Source: Balanoglossus misakiensis | Lineage: Eukaryota > Animalia > Hemichordata | Assembly: GCA_040954595.2 (NCBI GenBank) | Contig: CM082579.2 | Location: 8,607,625-8,671,624 of the forward strand | Direction: 5' to 3' | Length of the DNA: 64,000 bases | Part shown: in pieces, positions 24,361-36,400 of the stretch | Layout of the letters: each line of letters starts with the position of its first letter | How positions within the stretch are numbered: position 1 is the stretch's first letter | Made by a program: the position numbers and the translations under genes | The notes under the pieces: model-generated | The model's database searches: none | Told to the model about the DNA's origin: nothing | Seen by the model: the letters and a program-made list of their open reading frames with translations, nothing else

Positions 24361-27300
24361 ATGTATAAGTTGTCAGATCCCAGCAGCACATTTTGCGCGC
24401 TCATAGCCATCGCGCTGTTGTTCGGCCATCAAGTTTGTCACGGTGGTGGCATGAGTTTGCGGAACTTTTTGGGAAGTCGTAAGTATGGCATGTTGTATTT
24501 AAAACCCTTTGTTTTCTAATTTTGGTGGTTACCAGCCTTAGTACGCCAATCTTGATAGTTGCGTGACTTTGTTCCGTTTTTGACCATATAAATGCCCTTT
24601 TTTGTTGAAATTAATAAGGAAATATACTACTGTTTTTTTTTTAATTTGGATTTATTACTGATCTTTCTTTGTATGCCAAACGATATTGGCATGATGTATT
24701 TGATATTGTTATTCATATGAACAAAATATTGTTACTTCCTTTTAAAAATTACTACATGTATTTATGCGAAATTAAGGAATTTTTAGTACAAACCTATCAT
24801 GAAGATTTTGCCATCAACTTGATTTTAACACTTGTTTTGTAAAATGGGCTTGACTTTAAGGCGTTTGTCGACTCCCATCCCATTTTTACATGGCAAGCGC
24901 TTTACTGTTTGGGGTTGTTTTATGTTGTTTTAGGTGAAAATGCCCCAGATTCGTCACTAAGAATAAAGAGAGAAGCTGGTGTTTTCGATGTGTTGTTGGT
25001 TTTCGCGGACAACCAGCTTTACTTCGGTAGAGACGGAAACACGTTTGGGCCTGTTAATGGCTCTTACGGCGTTGTGGATGTGACGATTGTGGACGAACAC
25101 TCGCTGATTCTGGGCGTGGGTTTAGATCACCACTTGTATGTCGCAGACATGAACTCACCGACATTCGCGTGGATCGGTCCTTTCGACGACTCGTGCTGCG
25201 TGATAAGCGTTGCGCATGTTTCGCCGGTAGGGGTGCTGCTGGGGGTCGGCACGGACGGCCAACTGATGACGTTCCACGCCGCCGAGGGAGACGGCCGCGA
25301 TACGTGGCACTCGCTAGAGTTCTCTGCAACGTCGCTTCTCAAAGTGGAAGTGTTCGCCGACGGCCAGGTATTTCTCGGAATCGATACAGACTACCAGATT
25401 GTTCGCTACGACGACAACGACGGCTGGGTTCGCACGGAAGGACCAGCGAGTGGAGAGGCTTACGTCGATGTAGTGCGAATGCCTGATGGTTCCCCCATGG
25501 CTTTGATAAAAGGGAGTGAGACTGACTTTTCTGTTATCGGCGGGTGCGGTATTCCCTCTGCCGCGGAAGCTGTTTCTGCTCCGATGCCTGTCCACGGAGG
25601 CAAGTATTTCAAATCAGACATGCGTTTACATATGCTATGATATATAGCGACTACATAACAACCATACCGCGACCATGGGCAACCCAACCTGGCGATAGGG
25701 TGCCTGTGTTGTGATGAAGAGTATTAAAGACTACCCAGCATCCAGTACCCAGCTAATTACCGTGGCCGATAACTACAAAGCGTGTCTAGGTTTCTCTACA
25801 CCCACCTTTTTGCAAAAGGCGTGTGTAGGGAAACATGGACACGCTTTGTAGTTATCGGCCGGCCACGGTAGCTATCAATCTGATTAAAATCAGATGTAGG
25901 GAACGGCGACTTGGTTTTTTTATGCTGTCGCCTCACACTACGACAGCATAAAAAAAACCAAGTCGCCGTTCCCTACATCTGATTTTAATCAGATTTGGTA
26001 GCTATAAGAGTACCATTGTTTCCAGCAGGTACAACACCTCCATTATTTTCCTACCCAACGGCCACATTTCCCAATCGGGTAGATGACTACCCAGATGCAC
26101 TGTGTGGTTATCACATTCCATAGCCTTACTGTACATGTAGAATTTTAAGAAAACAGTGTTAGAATATATAGTCATTTTCGTGAAATTTGCACATAAGGTG
26201 CCAAAAAGAGGAGTGTTATAAAATGATACAAAGAGAACACTATGTCACCTCGCTTGGTTTTTTGATAGAGTTGTTCAGACATTTTCACCATAGGAAAACT
26301 ATAGGATTAGCGGTGCGAGAAAAGTGCTGACTCAGCATTTTCCGCAATCTTTGAGACCCCCCTGACCGCTGGAAAATACCGTGGCTGTGATTGGTTGCCC
26401 ACCTAAAATATGTGTTCTTTTGAAACATAGGCGAGCGCAGGTGTAAATAAACAATCCTCACGCGACTGTGTTGCGGCCATATTGGATCGCATCGTGATGC
26501 AAATTTACATGCGCACGTGTGTCATAGGCCTAATACATTGCCCCCCAATGAACCATGTTGGTTTTCACGCTCTGGCAACGGTGACTAAAACTATCGTGTC
26601 ATTTTCTTTTGTCAGGGGAGTGTTACTATGATCCTGTAGGTTCTGACTATCGTGGCGATGTCAGCGTTACAGAGCACGGGTTTCATTGCCTCGTGTGGAC
26701 AGACGTACCAATGGTCCGAGACAATCTTCAAGCGTTGAGACAAGCCGGCGTTGGCGATCACAACTTCTGTCGCAACCCAACCGGGATGCCGAAAACGTGG
26801 TGTTTCACAAAGCTGGGGGGTCTCGAGGGTCCGGAAGTTGACTACTGCGACATAGGATTGCCTGGGGATCTGTGTGAACGAGGTCTGTAACGAATTTCTG
26901 GAGACCATAGATCTGTCAAGTTTTTGTTCCAGATTTCTGAACTGATCTTTCCTTACTCACAATATACGTCAAACGGTTCCCAGGGTGTGGTCTGCACAAT
27001 TTTCCATCCGTAGCGTGTAATACATGTACACAGAATTTTTGTGCATACGGTCGAGGTAATACCAGAAAATAAAGTATAATACATGTATATTATACTGATC
27101 GTTTTAGAAGTGTTTAAGTTCTGATGAATTGTGATATTCTCTGTCGTATTCTGCAGATCCAAATGATGGGTCCCCCACGCAAGCAACATCGCCACATCAG
27201 GAGGAGGCCGTTCGATTGGGTGACATCCTTCAAGGCGAAAGGAACACGATTCCCGTGATCGCAGTGGGCAGTGATCACCAACTGTACGTTGGCAAACCGA

Positions 27301-29320
27301 CAAACGGCCGGTACGACTACACCGGTCCGGTACCGGGCACCTGCTGCATCCTGGACGTGTCCGTGATGACGTCAGGCCGTTCACTGCTCGCCGTCGGCGT
27401 CGACAACCACCTGAGGGTTTCCACAGACGATCCCGCCGCCGTTGGCTGGCAGGATCCGATAGCCGGCAGCTGCTGCGTTTCCAGTGTTGCCGTGGCGGAA
27501 GACGGCGCGGTCTGGGGGAACATGCTCGGGGTGGCACCGGGGCTGTACAAGCGGTTGACGCACGGCAGCCCGTGGCAAGGCCCCGTCGTTGAGGGCCAGC
27601 ATCTCTTGAAGGTGGAACCCGGACCGGGTGGGCAATTCATCGTCGTGGATCACTCGTACCGCCTGTTCACCCTGGATCGCGAGACCAAGCACATGAAACC
27701 CTTGGCAGTTGACACAGAGGGCGTGCCAATCGTAGACGTTGCCGTGGGTCCGCATGGCAACTATGGGTTGTTACTGTTTGAGGTGGCCGATATCGGTCAC
27801 TTCATGACGGCTATAGCGTATGGAACATTACCTCAAAAATATCTGCAAGGTAGAGTATATTAAAACAATTAAAAAAATTCCTTATCGCATAATCTGTGAT
27901 AATGAATATCCCGCCAGTTATCCCAACGACGTTGACATACGAATAACATACATGATTAACTTACATTTTGCCAAAGCTCATTTTCGTTTGTCTCGGTCGT
28001 TAGCGTAAAATTTAAAAAAAGTTCAAACATGTGTGTACGTGGGGGGGGGGGGGGGTCCACCATTGCCCAGATCATTGTTTTCCTTCATTTCGAGATAGTA
28101 TATTTGTATATCCTATATCATAGGATATTTTATATACAGTCTTTAGCATATATTAACGATAAGATTTAGTCTTCATTTCTGCATAATTTCATTTTCTTTT
28201 TCGATAATTCACAGCAGTCCCAAGACTAACTACAAAATCATGGACGGCTAGGCAAGGATCGACGGCTGGACAGGGTGAATCATTTCATTTCGAGATAGGA
28301 TACTTTTTATATCATATATTTTGGGATATTTTTATTTATAGTCTTTTGCGATATTAACAATAACATTAAGTCTCCATTTCGGCATAATTTCGTTTTACCA
28401 GGCCCAAGACTAAGCACAAAATCATCGACGGTTGGGCAGGGTGAATCGGAGATGGATGCCAAACCTCTCACTGGAAGAAATGACGCGAAGACAACCGCGG
28501 AGATTGTTTCCGTATATGGACGTGGTGTATTGAAAGGTAAACACCGTTTTCACCCACAGTTCAAATTTTCCAAAGTTTAGTTACATGGCCTAGGCCTAAT
28601 AGTTTTCAAACAACATAATTCTCCACAGCAAATGTGTTAACGAGCAGTTTGCAAATTTTGACAAGAGACCAGGGGATCGAGCGAGGTGCCTTTAAAGGGA
28701 CAAAGTCTCTCTCTCTCGCTGCCCTTTTGCCATTAATTATGTTTGATACAAGACACCGATTAATATGTTATTCTACATGTGAATATATACTATGAACGTT
28801 TGACCACACACAACTTCCACCCCACTTGTGGACACGAGAGTGAAAAACTCGCCAAAATAAATAATCGACCTCTACCGTTTATTCATTTTGGCGAGATTTT
28901 TACTCTCACACCCTACAAACGGGATGGAAGTTGTGTGTGGTTGAACGTTGATTCACTATATATCCACAATCATGTAAAATAACATAAACGGTGTCTTGTA
29001 TCAAACATAATTAATAGAAAAGGGGCAGCGAGAGAGAGACTTAGTCCCTTTTAACAACTGTGATGAAAGTAAAGTTCAGCACCGACTCGTTTTGTTCTTA
29101 CAAGTATCCGTTTCTCTTCTTGTTCGCTTGTACAGTAGGCAGCGAGAAATCACCTGGCACCACGTACATCGGGGTTGGAGTGTTCGGAGCTGTTTTCTGT
29201 CTGTTTTTTGCCGCCCTCGCGTATTACCGTTCGAAATCATCCACAAGTGACCACAGCGACGACGACACCGCCTCGTGGGTCGACGTGCATGGCTCAGTCA
29301 AAGACGAGCAAAGGGTGTAA
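24361..29320 (+). CDS. Type-I membrane protein: signal peptide, propeller-like repeat domain, kringle, second propeller-like domain, stalk, TM, short tail (about 690-710 aa)
   Basis: join(24361..24478,24934..25599,26616..26882,27157..27849,[28215..28274],28402..28536,29136..29320), all phase-1 introns, intron 2 GC-AG. Signal FCALIAIALLFG; RIKR furin-type site; kringle ECY..DYRG..CLVW..HNFCRNP..WCFT..YCDI..C; about 40-aa repeats GP..SCCV..V..LLGVG.D.QL; TM YIGVGVFGAVFCLFFAALAYY. Confidence 0.82.
25760..25868. mobile_element. Hairpin MITE with TA target site (Tc1/mariner-like)
   Basis: TA|CCGTGGCCGATAACTACAAAGCGTGTC...GACACGCTTTGTAGTTATCGGCCGGCCACGG|TA; nearly the whole element is one inverted repeat. 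Confidence 0.65.
25876..25996. mobile_element. Foldback MITE with 9-bp target duplication (MULE/Foldback-like)
   Basis: About 55-bp perfect arms AATCTGATTAAAATCAGATGTAGGGAACGGCGACTTGGTTTTTTTATGCTGTCG; GGTAGCTAT duplicated at 25867-25875 and 25997-26005. Confidence 0.8.
28083..28447 (+). repeat. Diverged tandem duplication (about 200 and 165 bp) covering an intron 3' end and the start of an exon
   Basis: Both units begin TTCATTTCGAGATAG and end CCCAAGACTAA..ACAAAATCAT..CAGGGTGAATC. Confidence 0.85.
28696..29050. mobile_element. MITE with about 60-bp TIRs and TTAA flanks (Kolobok-like)
   Basis: TTAA|AGGGACAAAGTCTCTCTCTCTCGCTGCCCTTTT..ATTAATTATGTTTGATACAAGACACCG and its inverted copy at about 28989-29050 followed by TTAA. 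Confidence 0.8.
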
Positions 29321-30486
29321 TTTTAGTATACTCACCCCCGACGTCGCTTCAGAGAGCTTCAAACCACCAATGTTGAAGACCTTCTCACAGATATAAATGT
29401 ACATGTACATGCTCAACTACAAGTTTGATTTTTTGGCAAATGTAATTCGCACCTAGTGTTGGCTTTCAGTAAATATTTTCACACCAGACGTATTTATACA
29501 GCATAGTAATGTTGGCAACGCTTACAGTGTCGTACGGAATCGGAGTAAATGGCAGAAGTACGAAAGCGAGACCAAATTATGACACGTCATTTACAATAAA
29601 ATATAGCTCGCATTATATATTGATATCGCATTATATATTGATCTCAAGGTCTCTCGACCGACGACAAATCAGCTTTGTATTTCAGATTGTTTTCACATAA
29701 TTTCCCAGACAGTTGCATTTTCACAAAATGACGTAACGGACACTCTTCATTGGGCGGGAATGGGCCAAATTTATCATTATAACAAGTGAATTAGATTTAA
29801 CAGTGCTGTATGCATGTTATGTAAGCTTTGCAACATAGGGGCTACAGAGGTTTAGTTTTAAAAGTAAGTCCCTGGGAGAATCCAGGGTCTGGGATTTGAA
29901 GACTGTCTTATCGATAAAATGGACAACAGGACTGGGAGAAGAGAAAACTTGTATTTCGATCGTAGTATGATTCTGTTGCTATTAAGATGTTGTCTTTGAT
30001 ATTGTGCTATTCGCGCACACTCACAGAGACCAGTAATTGACTTTAAAACACCATATCACGTGACAATACGATCGTCTTCTATAATTATCTAAAGTACAGT
30101 GGAATAATATAACATCCATATTCGTAGGTAATGATGGAAAATGAAATGACATTCTCTGCGTGTCTGTAATATCACATAGCAGAACGGCTTGACTGTACTA
30201 GGCATATTGAAATTGTGAATAAAATGCGATGTAATTGTAAGAAGTATCTGGGTGTGACTGTCTACATACAAATATATTACCTAAGACACGAGTAACGTTT
30301 TTTTCTATGATATGTTGATGTCTCCGCCGTAGTTTGGCTTTGTATCGGCGCACTAGGCGCATAGGTTCGAGTCATGACACATTTCGTGGAACAAAGGTAG
30401 GTTTGACGATTTCGATTGGTGGATGGAGTCCAAGGTAATAATTATGGTGTTATGGGTATGGGGTGTCCCCCCCCCCCCTCTGCATT

Positions 30487-33400
30487 TCAGAACGAGGTGG
30501 AATCGGCTGGGAGTTTGCCGTCGTGATACAATTGGGGGACTTTCCTTGGATCCACCGGTTTGGTCCTAAAATGTGAAAAGGTGCGGTCGACTTTGGCCTT
30601 GGGACCTTTCCTCGGCGAGCCGTCTGTGTCCAAACCCACGAACCAGACTCTGCGTCGTTTCTTCCGCTTTTTCCCGGTCTTCGGGTGGTGGTTCGACGAG
30701 TACGTCATGTACCAGTTGTCTATCATTTGTTCGCGAAAGTGACATTCTTCTGTGAGATCTTTCTGCAAATGCCGGACAAATAAGAACAGGTGAGGGAAAG
30801 CGGTAAATTTCTCGTTTGGCAAAAGGGACCAGATCGCAGTCATTGTCGCACACCTGATGTCTATATATACGTTCCGTTCACGTACGCAATCTTAATCTCT
30901 CTATTACACCGACCAATCTCCAGTGGCCAGTTTAGTCTCCTGATGAGTGAGTCCAGTGACTCACGAAACAACGTTGTAGAGATTATACCGCCTTTCGTTT
31001 CTCCAACAACCCTTTCTTTACATACATACATAGTTTCATACATTTTACGTATATCTTCAATGGCAAAATCACAAAGTTAGCCATAAAAACTAATTAGGCC
31101 TATGTACTCACCCTTCCATAAAGTTTACCGGTTTCATTCATAGCCAGATAGTAATCACTTTTGACACCTTTGATTGTTATCACGCCCATTCCAGTGGATT
31201 CGATCAGCATGATGGCTGAAATTTAAACAAATAGAACTGAGGATGAGCCACCCGATACACACCACAAATGGTGTCGTGATAGTTATTTTGGTTGCACTTA
31301 ATAAACTTGATTTATTTCCCCCGTTTACAATTGCAGTAACGTTACAGGAGAAGTCATTCGTAGGTTGGCTACACCTGTCGGCGCTGATTGATTCTGACGT
31401 AATCTGCGCTGTTGCCTAGCGACGACTGGTCAAGGCGAGAGAATGGCGTGTCAAGTGGCGCGACTCAGATACAGACAGAGATCCATTTTTCTTTATTTTT
31501 TTTTGTTTGTGCACTGGATGAAAACGGAATGTGTTAATATTCTAAGGCCAGCCAGTGACCCTGAAGTTTGGGCGGTGTCCATTCCAGGAGGTAACAAGCG
31601 CCGGACTCTTTAAGCGCTTCGTGCACCGGGCCGTTATTATCGTGATCGAAATCATCACGTTGTCGTGGTTGGGGTGTACATACATTTTATTAAAGCAAAG
31701 ACGATATGGCAATCTCTACAAACCATGAATTTGCAGAAAACAGGGTGTGTTCACTCTGGTGTGTAGGGTGTGCCGTGCTGTGGTCGAGTCACTCGAAACC
31801 GAAAATTGGATAAATGTTTGAATAGCCTCTTTTAGTGTTTTATTATGAAAGGGTATTTACTAGTATATTCTGTTACGTAGGAGAAGTTTGCTGTTGTTTT
31901 GTGACCAGGTGTGTTTTCGCTTACTTTCGTAATTTGAATTTTGCGTGACCAGGTGTGGTGCATTCATTATTTTCCCCATATAAAAAGCCCGCACGTTGTG
32001 TTGCGGCGTAGCTACTAATTTGGACTTGCCCGTGTGAGCTTGTTCTGTTCCTCGCCGGCTTGGAAGCCGTGCCTTATTTCCTGATACACTGGTCTGGAAA
32101 CCGCGCCCAGAAGCTGTGCTGTATTTCATGCTGTCCTGGTCTGGAAACCGCGCCCAGAAGTCGTGCTACCTCATGGGGAATTCGTCCGAAAGCCGTGCCG
32201 TCTACCGGGGAATTGTGCCAGAACGCTACTCGGACTGAACGTCACTGTTGGGACTGCCGTGGTGCTGGTCGCGTTCGTCGTGCGCTACGGAAGCTTGGAC
32301 TTTAGTTTTTCATTTCCCACACCTGGTCACATTTTAAGGTAGTCATTTATTTTACTGTTTTTTTTCTCAGTGTACAGTTATTTTATATTTACCAATGTTT
32401 AGTTGTAGTAATTAAAAGTTTCCATAAGCAAGGAAATAACGTGTGGTGTGCCTATTGTTGACCGTCTTTGTTGCGTGCAGCGCTGGTTGGTTCACCAAAG
32501 CGAGCCATTCTGTAAGTCTATTTGCTCACTGCCCTGTTTCGGAACTGAACGGCCAGCGTGTCGTAACAATTCATTGAGCTCTTCTCGTCCGGGCTTGCAA
32601 GATCGACCCTGGAAAACTGTTGAAATCACATTGAATATTATTCTTTTGTCGTGGAATACATGTGTAAAAATTTAAACGTGGCATATAGCTACAACTTTTC
32701 CTGGAAATGCATGCAAATGCTGGGCATGCTGATAACTAGTGTTCAAACAAGAAAAAAAGTAACGATCTGAGTTCAGGGGGTAGTTTACAAAACTTTTATG
32801 GGCACTTCAGTTAAACCCACGCGGTCCCTCCGTATAACTGCACCACAATGGAAACTAGTAGTTAAACACGGCTATAAGAAGGCCGGGTTCCCTGAGTTCA
32901 TCCCCTTTCATGGGCATGTGTTATCGTTCGCACTTTTGGCCAGTGTGTATATATGATGCTGGGTTGTTTTGTGTGTTTTTAGAGTCAACAGGAGTTACAG
33001 CTGAAATTGGGCCCCGAAGCACGTTTTCACCATCAGTGAATAAACATATTCGGTGTGTGTGTGTGTGTGAAATATGTTAGTAGTTCGCGCGCATGGACTG
33101 TCCCGGTCCCACTGGTATGCAGGCCCAGGCGCGGCCGGAACTTGACAAAGAAGCGATTGCCAGTCAGGAATTCGGCTTTGCGATAGTGTATCGTCGATCA
33201 GACGTTCGCTTTCCGAGCGTATTTTGAATATTGAAATAGTCGGACACCGGGAACTCGCGGTACACCTGCCAAACAGCCAATCGGATATGTTGGCTACTGT
33301 GTCAAGGTCGAGCCGTGTGCGCAGGCGCGAACGCCACGTGCATGCTTAGAAATACGACGACGTTAGTGAAAATGATTTAAGACTGTTTGAAATAGACGAT

Positions 33401-36400
33401 AAGTAGGCTTGAAAAGTTCATCTCAGTGGATGTAACTGTAAATTTCAGAAGAAAAACAGCTCCTTGCGTCTCGCCTTGTGAGCGTACCAGCGACCCAGAA
33501 GTTCCACTCGAGGGCAACGGTCAAGAATGGACCGTTTATCATCTTACCTCTTCAAAGGGGCAAATACAATTTGATATCATTGTTCATCGAGTCCCACATC
33601 CTTGGATAATGTTAGCGATGTGCATGTCACATCCGTGGCAACTCGGTACTTTAGAGCTGGAGATAGTGTCATTAAAAGTGCGCGAAAATGGTTTCTTTTC
33701 TGCGTTTTGAAACCAGCGCGTCGGACCCGAGGAGCTAGGAGGAGCTTTAATGAAAGAAAAACACCAGTCATTCTTCCTAATTCCTATCCAAGATTCGAAA
33801 GTCATTGTCATGAACCAGAATCTTTAACAAGTTCTGCAGGCAACGCGCAGTAGATAACAAATAGACAAAGTACACGTAACATAGCGAAACAGCCAAAACC
33901 ACTGACAAAAAACGAAGAAGTGTTGTCCGAGGAGAAACCATAGACTCTAGAGAGAAACATAGGCGATGTCGAAGCCGAAAAAGGGCCTAATGTTACTGTT
34001 GCATTAAAGGGATATTAGCCGTAACTTTTCGTTTTATTTTCAGTATTTTTGTCCTGTGTACCAAACTCAATGTCTTGTTGTACTCCAAACAACATGCTGA
34101 TATACCCAGTACTCCACTGGTCAACATAGCCTGTATGTGTGTAACGACCACTGTTTTTGCTGACAAATGAATTATAGTCCGGGCTTGAACTCAAATTTTG
34201 CACAATAACAGTGCTGACTATGCACATTTGCTTTAGGAATTTGGACAAGAAACTGCAGTAGATACAGAACATAGCGAAAAGTTACAGCTATGGAGCTTCT
34301 AAAAGGAGGAGCTTCGACCCAATCAATTGAGTTTTATACAACCAAAAGTTTGGTGTTTTATGATTATTTATTTGTATTATAGGGTTACATAGTCGATGTG
34401 GTCCAAACCACGCGATGGGCTCCTTGTAATTAATGTGTCATATCTATCGCCTGGCGGGAAACTGGGAACACTGTGACGTGTGCCCTGTGGAGATGTCTAG
34501 CTTTTCTTGTCAAGGACATGGTATTAGATTCGCTATAGCCCTAGTCTGAGTCCGTGAAGGTCACCCTCACCTTGCAGAGCAAAGGGATTTTTCAGCGGCT
34601 AAATCCGGGGGGGGGTGGGGACAGCTCACGACACGTCACTGCACAGGATCCTACTTCTGCACCTCATTGGCTCGCATCTCAAAATCAAACTGAAAGCACA
34701 TTAAACGTGGCGTTTCGCCATGTGGCGACCCGAACTAGTTCGCGCACATGCATGATGCATGGGCGCAAGGGCCTCACCTCCTACGACTGGCGCCTCATTA
34801 CCTTGCCGTGTCTTGATAAATCTGTGTTTATTGTATCTGGGAAGCATTTAGCTGATTGTAATAGCAGAAAGACGTGTCATCTGACACAGAAAAACGAGCG
34901 ACACCAATCTGTCTGCACCTATAGTTCACTGGTTACTTTTTAATCTATTGTGTTATCTTCAGTACGACATGTACAGTTTTTGGTTGCATTTCTTCTCGCT
35001 GTTCCCTACTACAGAGCCCTACGCCATACAGATGTACCATGTTTGCTACTGATTATGAACGCAATGCTTATTTTGCACAAGAAACCTACATCGACGATTT
35101 TTTTTACTGTATCAACATTTTTGTCTCTGCGATTAATGGCCAGTGTCACGCCACCCCTACACTGCCTTGCCCCGACGCTTTCCTGTGGTAATAAGAGAAG
35201 AATACTACAGTATAGAACGATACAGACTGAATTCAATCACAATTTTTGACCTTGAGAATAGTGACTTGTAGCGCGGTGCTGGGAAAATGATTAGGCCCAC
35301 AGTGACTATATATTAAACCTTGCCTTCAATAAACAGGGGGGTCACATTCCGGGAGGGGCGGGAGTAACTCGAGGAGCGTTCCCTCCTAATTTGAAAACTA
35401 ACGCGACAAGTTTAACCCGGTACTCCGAGGAAGTTTGGAGATAAGACAACGATGTGGTCATTTATTTTCTTTCTAAAATGCGTCATTGAGCAAACTCGAG
35501 ACGTCGTCCCAAGGTACAAGGAAGGGGTCGCACTATCTGTAGTCTAGAATCTAGACACGCGTTTTTTCGAGCAAAGCGAGAGAAAAAAAAACACGCGTGT
35601 CTAGATTATAGTAGTTCTTTTACAGTTATTTACATCATCGATAAACAGCAGCAACGAATGACACGTCGTGTTTAAAATAATTTTAATATCGTCATCAACA
35701 ACAAGATTCTTTTGTGTCCTGCGCTTGATGGCGAAGAGAACGAGAAAAAAACGCACGAAAATCGTACGGCAAGTCGGCGATCTGGTTGTCAAAGTCGCCG
35801 TACAGTTTTTCCTTAGCACATGTATAGTGTTTCCCTAGGTATATCTGATATTTGAAAACTAGAAGTTCAAACAAGTGGCTTGTTTTTTGCCACCAAATGA
35901 TCTCGAAGAAATCTCACGCATGGATTTAGGGTTTAATTTAACGTGCCCCGCTGCGAAAGTCACGACCGCCAACTTATTTCGGAGCCAAGGGTGACGTTTT
36001 CGGCGCCAATAACAAGCTGACCACCGCAAGGCCGCTTTGTCACAGAAACCTGGCGGGGATAACAACCGGTCATCTGGCCACTGACCTTTGACTGTCAGTA
36101 CCTAAAACGTTGCATGATGTAAGTCTGAAGCACGAGCCTCGGTTGCCTGGCACAAAAATACGGAAAGCAAAGTTCACAAAAGAACGGTATTAATTAAAAA
36201 CCAGGCAATAACTTCAACATGTTGCCGCGGTGTTTGTCATGTTCGGGTTCTGAAATCACTGGCAGCAGGATTCACCCACCATTTTAATAGGCGTGAGCAA
36301 TGCCGCAGACCGTGACAAAATTATTACGCCAGTCCTCTCTGAATTGAAATCCCATCTGCCATAAACCATGCATGGTCCGCGCTTCTACCCCATGTTCTAC

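Noticed and set aside
19202-27755. Long antisense or alternate-frame ORFs over GC-rich exons (e.g. 19202..19657, 20352..20750, 26953..27537, 27381..27755)
   Set aside because: Shadows of GC3-rich coding exons with no recognisable domains.
19915-30380. tRNA-like box A/B fragments (GTCGTGACCGAGTGGTT near 19918, GTCGTGGCCAACTGGTT near 21998, GGTTCGAGTC near 30364)
   Set aside because: No cloverleaf or correctly paired A and B boxes; at most decayed SINE remnants.
30536-30545. Perfect GGGACTTTCC kB sequence
   Set aside because: Lies inside FGF coding exon 3 (RKVP codons); best treated as background.
35550-35605. Small hairpin TCTAGACACGCG...CGCGTGTCTAGA
   Set aside because: Single short copy with no relatives in the window; cannot be assigned as a MITE or RNA gene.
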